Origin: a virus
Strand: one strand, 5' to 3'
DNA: 64,000 nucleotides
IMG/VR virus record: IMGVR_UViG_3300038856_000064
Span: 32,001 to 96,000 of that record
In this document: positions 63,999 through 64,000 of the stretch, one piece after another
Position numbering within the stretch: the first letter of the stretch is position 1
Layout of the letters: every line of letters begins with the position of its first letter
Program-made: the position numbers and the translations under genes
The notes under the pieces: model-generated
What the model saw: only the letters and a program-made list of their open reading frames with translations
Told to the model about the DNA's origin: nothing
The model's database searches: none

Positions 63999-64000
63999 TG

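Noticed and set aside
1-64000. Genome-wide stop-codon reassignment (TAG or TGA), as in some large phages
   Set aside because: Conserved enzymes are full length under code 11, and TAA, TAG and TGA all end genes at expected C-termini. Only two small ORFs have internal stops.
1-64000. Bacterial chromosome with an O-antigen locus
   Set aside because: Phage-type ThyX, dNMP kinase, NrdJ, fibre-like genes, many tiny ORFs, private promoter motifs and the lack of wzx/wzy all point to a phage.
1-64000. tRNA, rRNA, CRISPR array or large ncRNA
   Set aside because: Intergenic gaps are nearly all under about 100 nt, and I saw no cloverleaf or repeat-spacer pattern. This was by eye; tRNAscan and Infernal were not run.

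Overview
This 64-kb window is a densely packed segment of a large tailed dsDNA phage genome, probably jumbo-sized and infecting a diderm bacterium. It uses the standard genetic code, and I found no tRNA, rRNA or CRISPR array. Positions 1-11815 (+ strand) hold methionine aminopeptidase, peptide deformylase, PhoH, lipoproteins, a trypsin-like protease, seven Ser-Gly-rich virion-like proteins and a candidate holin/spanin. Four of these genes follow a TTAGTGTATNAT motif. Positions 11812-64000 (- strand) hold four groups. (1) Nucleotide metabolism: ThyX, dCMP deaminase, intein-containing NrdJ, dUTPase, GuaB/GuaC, MazG and dNMP kinase. (2) Recombination: a Whirly-like ssDNA-binding protein, a Rad52-like annealase, RecA and a Cas4/AddB-like nuclease. 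(3) A ~21-kb glycan island: Gmd, Fcl/ColC, a His-type ColD-like PLP enzyme, a DegT aminotransferase, methyl- and formyltransferases and about 10 glycosyltransferases. (4) A sigma factor and a bacterial-type replisome (DnaE, DnaG, DnaB, SSB). Seven sites on this arm carry a second promoter motif, ACG(A/G)(A/T)-N11-GACACATAAT. My best candidate for an undescribed system is phage-encoded virion glycosylation, in which the glycan island decorates Ser-Gly sites that are over-represented in the putative structural proteins. All family calls come from reading motifs by eye; no database searches were run.
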